From: Malacoraja senta
Taxonomy: Eukaryota
Assembly (NCBI GenBank): GCA_038087875.1
Contig: CM075994.1
Span: forward strand, 434,001 to 498,000
Length of the DNA: 64,000 bases
Direction of reading: 5' to 3'
Shown here: piece by piece, positions 51,240 to 64,000 of the stretch
Numbering within the stretch: position 1 is the first letter of the stretch
Layout: each line of letters starts with the position of its first letter
Program-made: the position numbers and the translations under genes
The notes under the pieces: model-generated
The model's input: the letters and a program-made list of their open reading frames with translations, nothing else
Told to the model about the DNA's origin: nothing
Databases searched by the model: none

Positions 51240-54200
51240 ACTTTGTCCTGCCTGACTGACTGACCTACCAACAGAGTAGGCAATGAACCTATTTATTAAT
51301 TTAAAGGGGCAGCGGTAGAGTAGCAGCCTCACAGCGCCAGGGATCGATCTTGACAATGGCTGCTGTCTGTATGGAGTTTGTACGTTCTCCCCACGACCCG
51401 CATGGGTTTTTTGCGGATGCTCCAGTTTTCTCCCACATTCCAATAAACTGGAAACTAAAATACACAGTGGCGCAGCGTTAGAGTTGCTGCCTTACAGCGC
51501 TTTCAGTGCCATAGACCCGGGTTCCATCCTGACCTCAGGTGCTGTCTGTGTGGAGTTTGCACGTTCGCCCTGTGGGATTCCTCCGGGAGCTCCAGTTTCC
51601 TCCCACTTCCCAATGACTTGCGGGTTTATAGATTGATCGGCCATTCTCTTCTTGTCGAGTCCACACACAAGATTAGAAGTTGTTCAGCTGAACACACTTC
51701 TCGGCATCTGCATACAATGGTGTCTGTCTCGTGCTTCTTGTGCGTGGTGGTGGAAAGTTTGGTGGAAACAGGGCCGCGACGTGAACGCTCTTTCCTTGAC
51801 CCCGATTGGCCTTGTAAATTGCTCCTGTTGAGTAAACAGTGGATGAGCGGGTGAGATTACATAGAACTAGTGGGTGACCTATGGCAGGAATGGACCTGGT
51901 GGGCTGAAGGGCCTGTTTCCTGACTGTATTTCTAAACTAAACAAAAGTTGGCAACAACTCCAAAAAAGATTTTAGGTTAGTTTAGTTTAGAGATACAGCG
52001 CAAAAACAGGCCCTTTGGCCCACCACGTCCGCGCCGACCAGCGATCCCCGCATATTAACACTATCCTACACAGTTTACAAATGTATCCAGTCCGCCGTTT
52101 TGTTCCTTATTGTAATTAGTGCGTCTGATTAAATGTGGTCTACATTCATTGAACCAATTATCTGGACGTCTTTGGAGTGCAGGAGGAAACCAAAGATCTT
52201 GGAGAAAACCCACACCGGTCACGGGGAGAACGGACAAACTCTGTACAGACAGCACCCATAGTCGGGATCGAACCTGGGTCTCTGGGGCTGAAAGCACTGT
52301 AAGGCAGCAACTCTACCGCTGCGCCACCATGCATTTTCTGTTTCCAGTTTATTGCTGCATTTTATCAGCAGTTTTCTTATTATTAGACATGCAAAACATG
52401 GGGCCACGTATCAGTTGCAGCTGGTAAAATATTTACTTAATTAATTCAAACGAATGTCGAGACACTGTCTCTCAGTGCCAATGACTGGTGGTGCAGAGGT
52501 TGAGCTGCTTGTCTTTCTGCACCTGGGTTCGAACCTGACTAGGGTCCTTGTCTGCACGGAGTTTGTCCGTGACCTTCCAGGGTTTTCTCCGAGATCATTG
52601 GTTTCCTCCCACACTCCAAAGACGTACAGGTTTGTAGGTTAAGTGTCCTGGTAAAATTGTATATTGTCCCTGGTGTGTGCAAGATAGTGTTACTGTGCGC
52701 AGATCGCTGGTTGGCGCAGATTTGGTGGGTCGAAGGGCCTGTTTCCGTGCTGTATTTCTAAACTAGACTAAACTAAAACCAACTAGTGTGAGCGGGTGAT
52801 CGATGATCGGCGTGGACTTGGTTGGCCGAAGGGTTTGGCCCCATCCATCTAAACTAACGATCCATCTTCATTGCCACACACTCCTAGCTACTTCCCCACT
52901 CACTCCATCTTCCCATCATCTACACATTCCTCCCATTTGGAACTCCCCTCCCACCGTTTCTATCTACCCACCTCACCTCCCTCATTTGGTTCATAAGTTC
53001 ACAAGTGATAGGAGCAGGATTAGGCTATTCGGCCCATCAAGTCTACACGGTCATTCAGTCATGGCTGATCTATCTCCCCCTCCTAACCCCATTCTCCTGC
53101 CTTCTGCCCACAACCCCTGACGCACGTACTAATCAAGAATCTATCAATCTCTGCCTTAAAAATATCCATTGATGTCCTCCACAGCCTTCTGTGGCAATGA
53201 ATTCTACAGATTCACCACCATCTGAGTAAAGAAATTCTTCCTCATCTCCTTCCTAAAAGAACGTCCTTTAATTCTGAGTTACTCCAATCACTATTATCGA
53301 ATCGGGTTATATTTGTGCAGCTAATCTTATTGACTAGTATTTTATTTCTCACCAAGGATGGAGGGAGAGTGAAATGTCAAGTACTGCATCTCAGTTGCCT
53401 ACAGCTCCACAGCTTTCCCCCACCCCCCACTGCAATTAATCTTTAAGTAAACAAAAACTTTATATGCAGTCATTGTAATCAGGACAAGTCTTTTTCTTTT
53501 ATTGCACCAGCAGGTCAATATGTTTGACAAGCTGTTACAAAGCTCCCAGACCATCATCATCTATCGCCCGGGATTGAACTGACTATGAGGCCAGGTCATA
53601 GGGGAATGTTGCCAGGACTAGAGGTTGTGAGCCAGGACTAGAGGGTGTGGGCTACAGGAAAAGTTTGAGTAGGCTGGGTCTCTATTCCTTGGAGCGCAGG
53701 AGGATGCGGGGTGATCTTATAGAGGTGTATATGATCATGAGAGGAATAGATCGGGTAGATGTACGGAGTCTTGTGCCCAGAGTAGGGGAATCGAGGACCA
53801 GTGGACATAGGTTCAAGATGAAGGGGAAAGGAGTTAATAGGAATCTGAGGGGTACCCTTTTCCACACAGACGGTGGTGGGTGTATGGAACAAGCTGCCAG
53901 AGGAGGTAGTTGCGGCTGGGAGTGGGACTATTGCAGTGTGTAAGAAACAGTTAGACAGGTACATGAATAGGACAAGTTTGGAAGGATATAGACCAAGCGC
54001 AGGCAGGCGAGACTAGGGCAGCTGAAACATATTGGCCGGTGTGGGCAAGTTGGGCCGAACGGCCTGTTTACACACTGTATCACTCTGTGACTCAATGACA
54101 CCCGTGGTCTCCCCTCCCCCCTTAGGCCCACTGATTCCTCGTCGAACATGAGGCCAGAACGATAACTGCAAACGGATGAACAGATGCAGTAACAGTTATC

Positions 54201-56914
54201 GTTGCCGGGTTACGTACGGGGATGGCAATTTGTGCAAAGAGCAAGTAAATAAATAGCAAGATGCAATGTAGAATAGATCATTGTTAGCAGGGAGAAGATA
54301 AATAGCAACCCGTTCATGGCAACAGTGAACCCTACACTCGCCTGGCCTTCCCTTGTACATTAGTGACAACAAGATCCCTCCAGAATCTTGTTTGTATTTC
54401 CTCATGAAGTAGAAGTGGAGGCCTTTCGACCCATCGAGCCTATACTGGCTCACAGGGCAGTCTCAACTTTCACATCGCCTTGCATTGTTCTGTAATTAAT
54501 TATCTCTCACATGCCCTTAACTTTGTCCTGCCTGACTGACCTACCAACAGAGTAGGCAATGAACCTATTTATTAATTTAAAGGGGCAGCGGTAGAGTAGC
54601 AGCCTCACAGCGCCAGGGATCGATCTTGACAATGGCTGCTGTCTGTATGGAGTTTGTACGTTCTCCCCGCGACCCGCATGGGTTTTCTCCGGATGCTCCG
54701 GTTTTCTCCCACATTCCAAAGAAGTGCAGGTTTGTAGGTTAACTGGTTTCTGTAAATTGTTCCCACTGTGTAGGATAGAACTAGTGTACGGCGATCGCTG
54801 GTAGGCGTGGACTCGTTGGGCCGAAGGGCCTGTTTCCTCGCTGTACTGTATCTCTAAACTAAACTAAACTACCCACCCACAGGTCTTTGGGATGTATGAG
54901 TAGCTGGGGGAAGCCCATAACTGATGAAGGAGTTAACATCAAACTGGGTCGCTGAAGCTGTAAGACATCTACACTTAAGATCGACACAAAAAGCTGGAGT
55001 AACTCAGCGGGTCAGACGGCATCTTTCGAGAAAAAGATGGCATTTCGGGTCGAGACCCTTCTTCAGACGAACTGCTGAGTTACTCCAGCTTTTTGTGTCT
55101 ATCTTTGGTGTAAACCTGCATCTGCAGTTCCTTCCTACACAGATATCTACACTTGCTCCCTTCTTGGATTTTATATATGATTATTATTATTGTTAGGTCA
55201 TAAGGTCATAAGTGATAGGAGTAGAATAAGGCAATTCGGTGCATCAAGTCCACTCCATCATTCAATCAGGGCTGATCTATCTCTCATTGCTAACCCCTTT
55301 CTCCTGCCTTCTCCCCGTAACCTCTGACACCTGTACTAATCAAGAAATGTATTATTATTAGTAGTATTATAGTTGTTATTATTATTAATTACCATATATA
55401 AAGGTAAGTTAAATTCACCAGCCATTCATTGAAATAAACCAGCATAGAAATAGGGAACTGATCCATTCATGTGATGTTGTCAGACACAATATTATCACAG
55501 TATATTAGCACACACTGCTGCCTACAGGTTTTCTCCCCGTGACCTGCGCCGGTTTTCTCTGAGATCTTCGGTTTCCTCCCACACGCCAAAGACATGCAGG
55601 TTTGTAGGTTAATTGGCTTGGTAAATTTTGCCTGTAGTGTGTGTAGGGTAGTATTAATATGCGGGGTGATCGTTGGTCAGTGCAGACTCGGTGGGCCGAA
55701 GAGCCTGTTTCTGCGCTGTATCTCTAAATTAAACTAAAAAGCAGGTAGACAAAGTGGTAAAGGAAGCATATGGTATGCTTGCCTCATTGCTCGGGGCATT
55801 ACATAGTAGAGTTGTTTAATCATAATGCAGCTTTATAGGACATTGGTTCATCTGCATTTGGAGTATTGCGTGCAGTTCTGGTCGCCCCTTTACAGAACGA
55901 ATGTGGAGGCTTTGGAGAGGGTGCAGAAGAGGTTTACCAGAACCAGTCTGAATTAGTGGGTATTGGCTATAAGGAGTGTGTCATCAGTCTGAAGAAGGGT
56001 CTCGACCCAAAACGTCACCCATTCCTTCTCTCCAGAAATGCTGCCTGTCCCGCTGAGTTACTCCAGCATTTTGTGTCTATCTTTGGCGGGAAGGAGAGAT
56101 TGGACAGGGTTTTGTTCTCTAAAGCTGGAGACTGAGGGGAGTCCTGAGAGAATTACAATACGATCCGATCCGATAGAACATGTATTTATCTCTGGAGCGA
56201 AATTGGTCTGCCAACAGTCATAAAACACAACAAGACATGAAAGATGTCATTAAAGTAATGAGTGGGAAGTCCAGGATTGGGGATGTGCAAAGATTCGGGT
56301 GGGGGGGGGGGGGGGGGGAGTCAGTCTACCCCACGTCAGAAGGGGAAGAGATGTACTGTTTGATAGCCACAAGGAAAAATGATCTGTGTAGGAAGGAACT
56401 GCAGATGGTGGTTTATACCAAAGATGGACACAAAAAGCTGGAGTAACTCAGTGGGGATGCAGCATCTCTGGAGAGAAGGAATGGGTGACGTTTCAGGTCT
56501 GAAGAAGGGTCGTCACCCGAAACATCACCCATTTCTTCTCTCCAGAGATGCTGCCTGCTGGAGTAACTCAGCGGGTCAGACAGCATCTTTGGAGAAAAAG
56601 ATGGCGTTTCGGGTCGAGACCCTTCTTCAGACGAACTACTGAGTTACTCCAGCTTTTTGTGTCTATCTTCAGGAAAAAGGATCTCCTGTTGCGTTCTGTG
56701 CTGCATCTTGGTGGAACCAGTGTTATACAACATTATGACAGGCATGGATGGAGGCCTTTCTTCAAGAATGAAATGCTTGTTTTCACTGGTTGGGGCATTG
56801 AGCATGGGGGTCAGGATGTCATGTTGCAATTTTATAGGTTTGAATTCTGAGTTTCGCATCCACATGCGACATCCTGTTGACTTTAGACGCCCTTCCTGCT
56901 GGAGGAAGGACATT

Positions 56915-57440
56915 CCCTAATTTGAGGAAGGACATTCTTGCTATTGAGGGAGTGCAGCGCAGGTTCACAAGGTTAATTCCTGGGATGGCGGGACTGTCAT
57001 ATGCTGAGAGAATGGAGCAGCTGGGCTTGTACACTCTGGAGTTTAGAAGGATGAGAGGGCATCTTATTGAAGCATATAAGATTATTAAGGGTTTGGACAC
57101 ACTAGAGGCAGGAAACATGATCCTGATGTTGGGGGAGTCCAGAACCAGGCGCCACAGTTTAAGAATAAGGGGTAAGCCATTTAGAACGGAGACGAGGAAA
57201 CACTTTTTCACACAGAGAGTGGTGAGTCTGTGGAATTCTCTGCCTCAGAGGGTGGTGGAGGCCGGTTCCCTGAATATTTTCAAGAGAGAGCTAGATAGGG
57301 CTCTTAATGATAGGGGAGTCAGGGGATATGGGGAGAAGCAGGAACGGGGTACTGATTGGGGATGATCAGCCATGATCACATTGAATGGCGGTGCTGGCTC
57401 GAAGGGCCGAATGGCCTACTCCTGCACCTATTGTCTATTG
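56915..57440 (+). mobile_element. CR1 3' fragment
   Basis: ORF 56877..57365. Confidence 0.85.
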
Positions 57441-57486
57441 GTCATTCATATTGGCACACACTCTCTCTCTCTCTCTCTCCTCTATC

Positions 57487-60400
57487 TTTTTTTTTCCTTT
57501 CCAAGGCCTTTATTCAGAAATTGCATATTACAGTGTCATTATAATACAGACATTATAATACAATGGTGCAATCAATATTTACAATGCTCTCGACCCACTG
57601 CAGCAACCAGTGTTCATGGAAGGCCTCCAGCGTCCCTCTGGAAACCGCATGTTCCCTTTCCAGATGGCGCAATGGGCTAAGTGTTCGGCTGGCAACCGGA
57701 AGGTAGCCAGTTCGAATCCCGCTTGGAGTGCATACTGTCGTTGTGTCCTTGGACAAGACACTTCACCCACCTTTGCCTGCGTGTGAATGTGTGTGAATGT
57801 GTGTGAGTGATTGGTGGTGGTCGGAGGGGCCGTAGGCGCAAATTAGCAGCCATGCTTCCGTCAGTCTGCCCCAGGGCAGCTGTGGCTACAGAGGTAGCTC
57901 ACCACCACCGAGTGTGACTGAGGAGTGAATGAATAATGCGATGTAAAGCGCCTTGAGTATTAGAAAGGCGCTATATAAATCCAATCTATTATTATTATTA
58001 TTATTTCCAGGGACACGCGAGCATAGGCCAGGAAGAGGGGCAGGCAGCTGACTGGTGTGACCATCGACTACCTGCTGCCTGGACCCGCGAATGGCCATCT
58101 TGGTCAGGCCCAGAAGCAAACTGACAGGGAGGTCCCTCCCCCCCGATCTGCCCTCCCCATTCCGTGCCTTAGGCCCAAACACCAGGATCATGGGACTAAA
58201 ATGCAACCAGAACTTGAGGAGCAGCCCCTTCAGATATTGGTACAGGGGCAGCAACCTCTCCCACTCCGTATACACGTGGAACACGGTCTCTTCATCGCCG
58301 CAGAAAATACAGGCAGCTGGCAAGCCCGTGAACCGACACAAACGTTTATTACACGCCACCGCTCTGTGCAACACTCTCCACCCCAGGTCCCCAATGTAAA
58401 GGGGGATGACTCCCTGGCAGAGAGACCTCCACTGGGGACCTCCCCCAGCCTTCAGGTGGTAACAAGGACCACCAAGTCGTGTCCAGAAGACGAAGGCAAG
58501 GAGGTGCAGAATGTGCAGGAGCATTCTGAAAAGTATGCGTCTCTTCGCATCACGAAACGGCATGCTGGTCATCTCAGAAAGGCGGCTCAGGTTGTGTGGA
58601 GCCGGTGCCCGAGAAATATCCCGGAGCCTAGGCCCGATGAGCAAATCTGACGGAGCGGGTGAAAGCTCAGTCAGAACCACTCTAGGCGCGCGCCTCTCCT
58701 CAACACCCGCCATGACAGAGTGAGGACCCGCCACTCCGCAGCCGCAACATCAAGCAGCAGGTTCCTCAAGGCTTCCTTCCTCTCCTGATACTCTCCCCAC
58801 TCACAATAGCCCTCACCAATCCGACCCAGGCGAGACTCTGCGTCGAGTAGCTCCCTCTCGAGCCTCTCGACCGCCGAGTCCCGCCTTCCGGTCGATCCCC
58901 ATGTGTATTCCTGACAAAAGAGACGGATGTAAACCTTTCCCACATCCCAGCACTGCCTAAGGGAAGGGAAGCTCCTCTGCCTCTCTCTCCACTTCACCCA
59001 AAACCGACTGAATGACTCCCGGAAACGACGATTCTCCAGCAGCCAGCCAGTACACGGACCCAGCCCGTGTGCGCGCTGGAATAAAGTCCACCCGCACCAG
59101 GCAGTGGTCCGAGCATGGCACCAGCTGCATTGAGGCCGCCGAGACAAGGGAGACATACGCACCGGAGATGTACATGCAATCGATACGGGAATCACCCCCC
59201 TCAGACTTCCGCGAAAAAGCATTGGAATCAGGGTGGAGGTTCCGCCATGCATCAACCAACTCAAAGGAATCAATCAAACCTCACAACTTCTTCGCTGCAG
59301 CAGGAGCACACTGAGTACCAGAGCGATCTTCAAGTGTGGAATTGAAATCGCCCCCAAGGAAGACACACTCTCCGCTATCAATAGTGTTCAACAGAGCAGT
59401 CACCTCCTGAAGTAGGCACACCTGAATCGTGCCGGTGCTGGGGCCGTGCACGTTAATGAAATGTAACGGGCCTGCTATCCAGGCTCACGGCCAGATAGAA
59501 CAAATGACATGGCACAACTTCCTGCACCTTCGGGATCTCTGGCTGAAAAGTCGGGGCCAACAGGAAAGCCACCCAACTCGAATTCGTGCTGAGGTGGCTC
59601 ATGTAGACTCACCCTTCCCACTCCAGTCGCCTGGTGGGTTAATCACTGACAACAGTATGCTTCTCTTGCAGAAAACTCACTGCATATTTCCCCTCTCTGA
59701 GGACTGATAGATGATGACATTTACAAAAGTCCCCCCTTCCACCACTTATGTTGAGGCTGGCAACTGCGAATGTTGAAAACACACAAGAGTTTTTTCCTCA
59801 CACTCCTCGTGGGAGCGGGACCCTCTCTCTTAGGAACTTCAAAAAGTACCCAAACTGACGCTTCTCAGACTCGGGAAGACCACTATCTTTACTGCCAAGG
59901 ATAATATCAAGTGTCTTAATAAATCCCGGTAGATCCGTCCAACTTCTCACAGCTGACTCGATTTTTATCTTGGGGCAGTTATATATTTTCAGAAAGTCCC
60001 GAATCTCGCAAATAACGGCCCCTGGAGACATAGCACCGGAATCCGGACAATTTATCAAACCACTGACACCTGGAGCACCATCCTGACCTGTACTGCGCTC
60101 TAGGTCATCGTCTGAGTTCGGATGACTGCAGCTAGCTGTCAGCTCGCCCACCCCACTGCACAAGTTGGCTGCATCACTCTCCCCCTCCTCCGACATGAAA
60201 CCACCCCCGAGATGAATGTCGAGGGAGGGTCCTGATACCCCAGACAGCAATGAGCTGTCCGGTGAAAGGCCAGGCTCCTGCACTCTCCCACCACCTCCTA
60301 CGTCTGGGCCTGGGGAAGAAAAAACAAGGGACGTCCCCAGGGCCTGCGGTACGTAGGCACCCCCGGAATCCGAATGAGGGTCACGACCCGAAACAGCCCC

Positions 60401-62571
60401 GACCCCCACCGCACCCAGAGTACCCGCTCCACCGGCAACACCCAGAGAGTCGCTACCCTCCACCACCAGGGGAGTAACCTCACTCAGGCGCACTGAAAGA
60501 GCCGGTGTTTCTGAAGGCTCCCCTACTACCTCAGCCGGTGGGGCAGCAGACCCCACAGCAACCCTAGTCTAGGCTCTAATAAGGAGCACTGACTGGAAAA
60601 CCGCCCCAACTCCCGAGACACCCCTTCAAGTTGTCTCTGCTCATCCTCCATCCCAGGGGACACATTTCCAGGGGAGCCAACCCCAATAACCAGTGAGATA
60701 ACACCCTCAGATGGTCGCTCAGATGAGGGGACAACCTCCAGCCCAGAGGACACACTCCCAGGGGAGCGAACCCCAATAACTAGTACGGTAACTCCCTCAG
60801 AATGTCCCTGAAACAAAGGGCCAACCACCGGCCCAGAGGACACTAGTCCTCAAGAGGGGTGGAAGGTCTCGATGTAGGCTGCCCCCTTACTTTGGGCCCA
60901 CGACCTTCCTCTCCCTCACCAGGCCCATGCCTTCTTTTAGTCCCGCTGGCATGCGACGGTACGGTGACCTCCATAAAGGAAGGGTCCTCCATTTCCACAC
61001 TACCAGCTACCTCTTTTCGGCCCCCTCGTTCAGCATCCCCTGCCCCCTTCTGAACCTCATCAGCTCCTCGCTGAGTCTCACCAGGTACCTCTTGGAACTC
61101 TCTGGGGCCAACAGGCACCCCTTGGGTGGACTCAGGTCTGGGTAAGGGCCCATCCACTTGCGATTGACTCGCTAGGAGATGCTTATTCTTCCTCTTGGAC
61201 TTCTTCTTCCTCTGCACCATCCATTCCCTCTCCCCCCCTCACCCTTCCCATGCGCCTTGCCGTCAACCACCGCCACAGGTTCAGCACATATGGGGCGGAT
61301 GCAGTAATGCTCTGGGCCGCCGAGGTGGAGCTGGAAGCCCCAATGGGTCAGCAGTGCATTCCTGGGTTGCTTTGTTGGGATTTCTCGCAGCAGCCCGACC
61401 ATTGGGACAATCCCTGCGGAAGTGTCAAAACTCCTTGCACGCATGACACCGTGCCTCTCCCCAACTCCAACGCATGCGGAAGGGGGCACATTAATGCTCC
61501 ACGACGAAGCTCCCTTCCTCACCCAACCCCATTCCCACCTTCATGAACACCCGCCACTTGAAACTCAGAATCCCTTTAAGACACAGGTCACTCCAGGGCT
61601 GCAGAAGCCTAGTCAACCTAGACCGCACCACCCCAATCTTTGCCAGGTGTGGATGAAAGAGCGCATCCCGGATGAAAGTGGGAATGCCGCACAAGAGAAC
61701 CGGTCTCACGGTGGACACAAACGGTTCCACTGGTACAAAGATCCCCCCCACTATGAGCCCCTTCTCTGGAGCTTAGGCCACTTCATCCTGAGACTTTAAT
61801 ATAATCTCACACTTTCCCCTGCAACCTCGGCAGAAGCAACCACATCCTTCTTGAAAAGATCATGCAGACCCTTTGTTATTGCATCCCTGGTCCACCGGTA
61901 CCCAGTTTGGACCGAGATCCCATGTTCGGCCCAATCCAAGTCAACATAAGGCTCATCCTCGATTGATCTCGAAGCCGCAGCCGAAACCGCAGCTGTGTAA
62001 CTCCGACTCCGAGACCGAGCATCCGCCATCTTGACATTGGTACAAAACAGGCACCAGGGACACAAGCAGCCTCAGCTCAAAAAGCGATCTCAGAGACAGT
62101 CACAGTCCGAAAAAGCAACGGAAGCAATTCTCTCCAGCTGAGTAAGGAAATCCCCACGATTAAATCCACAGCCGCGAGCAGCTCTTGGGAGGCTTTTCAC
62201 AGCCTTTCCGAGCCTCCGGAAACTACCGGAAGCGAAAAGTACCTTCTCTTCATTAAACCCAGGCAGCCTGCTCTGGGCAACATGGTATGGGAGCAGAGAT
62301 CCGGTGTTAGAAACGACCAAAAACATCACACACTTTTCTACGCCATGTCTCCAGGCACTCTTGGCAATCCGCCAGCCATAGCCGCTCCCATGGTGCCCCA
62401 GAAGAACGCAGGAATACCTCACTAAATGGAGAAATCCTTTTAACAATGGAAAGTTTCTGCAGTCCGACATCAACTTTGATATCCCACTGCCTCTGTCCCT
62501 CTTCCTTTGACAAAAAACCTTGAAAGGTTGCTACGAAACTTTTCAGCTGTCGGATCAGAGAGAGTCACCAC
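57487..62571 (-). mobile_element. Tx1-clade LINE, end-to-end but internally deleted and decayed, flanked by (TC)n
   Basis: ORF1 remnants from the ATG at 62029. Endonuclease remnants (LVDAWRNLHP, SRIDCMY, SDHCLV, WDVGKVYIRLFCQEY) and a C-terminus (DLGWRVLH, CIFCGDEETVFHVY). Most of the RT is missing. Confidence 0.88.
57664..58003 (+). mobile_element. tRNA-derived CORE-type SINE with an L2-like tail (AFC-like), with 7-bp TSD
   Basis: A box TGGCGCAATGG, B box GTTCGAATC, GTGTCCTTGGACAAGACACTT, and tail TGTAAAGCGCCTTGAG..AAGGCGCTATATAAAT-(ATT)n. TSD TTTCCAG at 57657-57663 and 58004-58010. Confidence 0.8.
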
Positions 62572-62589
62572 CTCTCTCTCTCTCTCTCT

Positions 62590-62812
62590 TTTTTTCCATT
62601 CTAAGGACTTTATTCAGCAATTGCATAATACAGCACACCAAACATACATAAACATTCAATGGTTACAATACATCAAACAGTCATTATAATACAATGGTGC
62701 AATCAGTATTAACAATGCTATCGAACCCCTGTGGCGACCAGCGTTCACAGAAGGCCTCCAGAGTCCCCGTGGACACCGCGTGTTCCCTCTCCAGGGACGT
62801 AGGCCTGGAAGA
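62590..62812 (-). mobile_element. Tx1-clade LINE 3' fragment between (TC)n tracts
   Basis: Homologous to 57487-57660 (SLEREHAVSTGTLEAF). Confidence 0.85.
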
Positions 62813-62842
62813 CCTCTCTCTCCCTCTCTTTCTCTCTCTCTC

Positions 62843-63505
62843 TTTTTCCATTCCAAGGACTTTATTCAGCAATTGCATATTACAACTTACCAAACGTACA
62901 TAAACGTTCACTGTTTACAATAAATCAAGCAGTCATTATAATACAATAGTGCAATCTTTATTTACAATGCTCTTACAATTACGGTGCTGGCTCGAAGGGC
63001 CGAATGGCCTACTCCTGCACCTATTGTCTATTGTCTATTGTCTAATGCTCTTGAACCCCCGCGGCAACCTGCGTTCACGGAAGGCCTCCAGAGTCCCCGT
63101 GGACACCGCGTGTTCCCTCTCCAGGGACACGCGAGCACGGACACAGGCCCGGAAGAGGGGCAGGCAGCCGACTCTGTTGTGACCATCGACAGCCCGCTGC
63201 CTGGACCCGCGAACGGCCATCTTGGCCAGGCCCAGGAGCAAACCAACAGAGAGATCCCTCCCCCCGATCGGCTCTCCCCACTCCCTGCCTTGTGCCCAAA
63301 CACCAGGATCGTGGGACTGAAATGCAACCAGAACCTGAGGAGCAACCTCTTCAGATATTGGTACAGGGGCAGCAACCTCACACACTCCATATACACGTGG
63401 AACACGGTCTCTACCTCGCCACAGAAAATACAGGCCGGTGAGCCCGTGAACCGACTCAAACGTTTATTAAAACGCCACGGCTCTGTGCAACAATCTCCAC
63501 CCCAA
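62843..63505 (-). mobile_element. Tx1-clade LINE 3' fragment
   Basis: CIFCGEVETVFHVYMEC and SLEREHAVSTG; preceded by (TC)n. It contains a small CR1-tail insertion with TSD AATGCTCTT. Confidence 0.88.
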
Positions 63506-64000
63506 CACTCCCCACTCTTTGTTCTTACTGTCCTCTGAGCAATTTGATCCTTGTTTTTTTGGGAAGTAGGTCAGTCCTTCTGTTCTGCTTCTTGTTTTGC
63601 AGTTCCTCATTTTGTTTCTTGCCTTCTGAACTATTTCTCACTGTCTCGCATGCTCGCAGACACACACGCGCACACACACACACACGGTTTACACCTTTGC
63701 CCTGTGTTTATATCGTCTAACCAGCAATTTCATCCATGAGTCAGTGGATATATTTAAGGTAGAGATAGGCAGATTCTTGATTTGTACGGGTGTCAGGGGT
63801 TATGGGGAAATAGGATCAGGAGGGAGAATTAGATCAGCCATGATTGAGTGGCGGAATGAACTTGATGGGCCGAATGGCCTCGTTCTACTCCTATCACATG
63901 AGCTTATGATCCCCGTTTTTTGGGGAAGTAGGGTTGATGGGTCAGTACTTACCAGTTCTGTTTCGTTGTGCTGTTCCTGATTTTCATTTAGTTTTTTGCA

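Noticed and set aside
59798..61220. Long low-complexity ORFs as a host gene
   Set aside because: They lie in the ORF1 position of the Tx1 element and are broken by stops and frameshifts.

Overview
Eukaryotic, repeat-saturated vertebrate DNA. The repeat families (HE1-like V-SINEs, abundant CR1 LINEs, Penelope-derived short repeats) point to a cartilaginous fish, probably a skate or ray; this is inference. Only one host gene could be reconstructed: a + strand CD2/SLAM/CEACAM-type immunoglobulin-superfamily gene. It has a Cys-free IgV exon (7547-7846), an IgC2 exon (9106-9375), a transmembrane exon (11858-11952) and a probable 5-codon tail exon (13705-13722). Two local duplications give it extra candidate 3' ends: a copied splice acceptor at 10856 that would yield a soluble form, and a second tail exon at 20978 inside a ~590-bp duplication that flanks a full-length L1. 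The rest of the window is transposons: L1, CR1, Rex1/Babar, a Tc1 of IR/DR type, a non-autonomous Helitron, a structurally complete DIRS1-type element, Penelope elements with hammerhead-ribozyme-like motifs, (TC)n-associated Tx1 LINEs and SINEs. There are also an inverted and a tandem segmental duplication and a 200-N gap. All alignments were made by eye, and repeat boundaries are approximate unless a junction is quoted.
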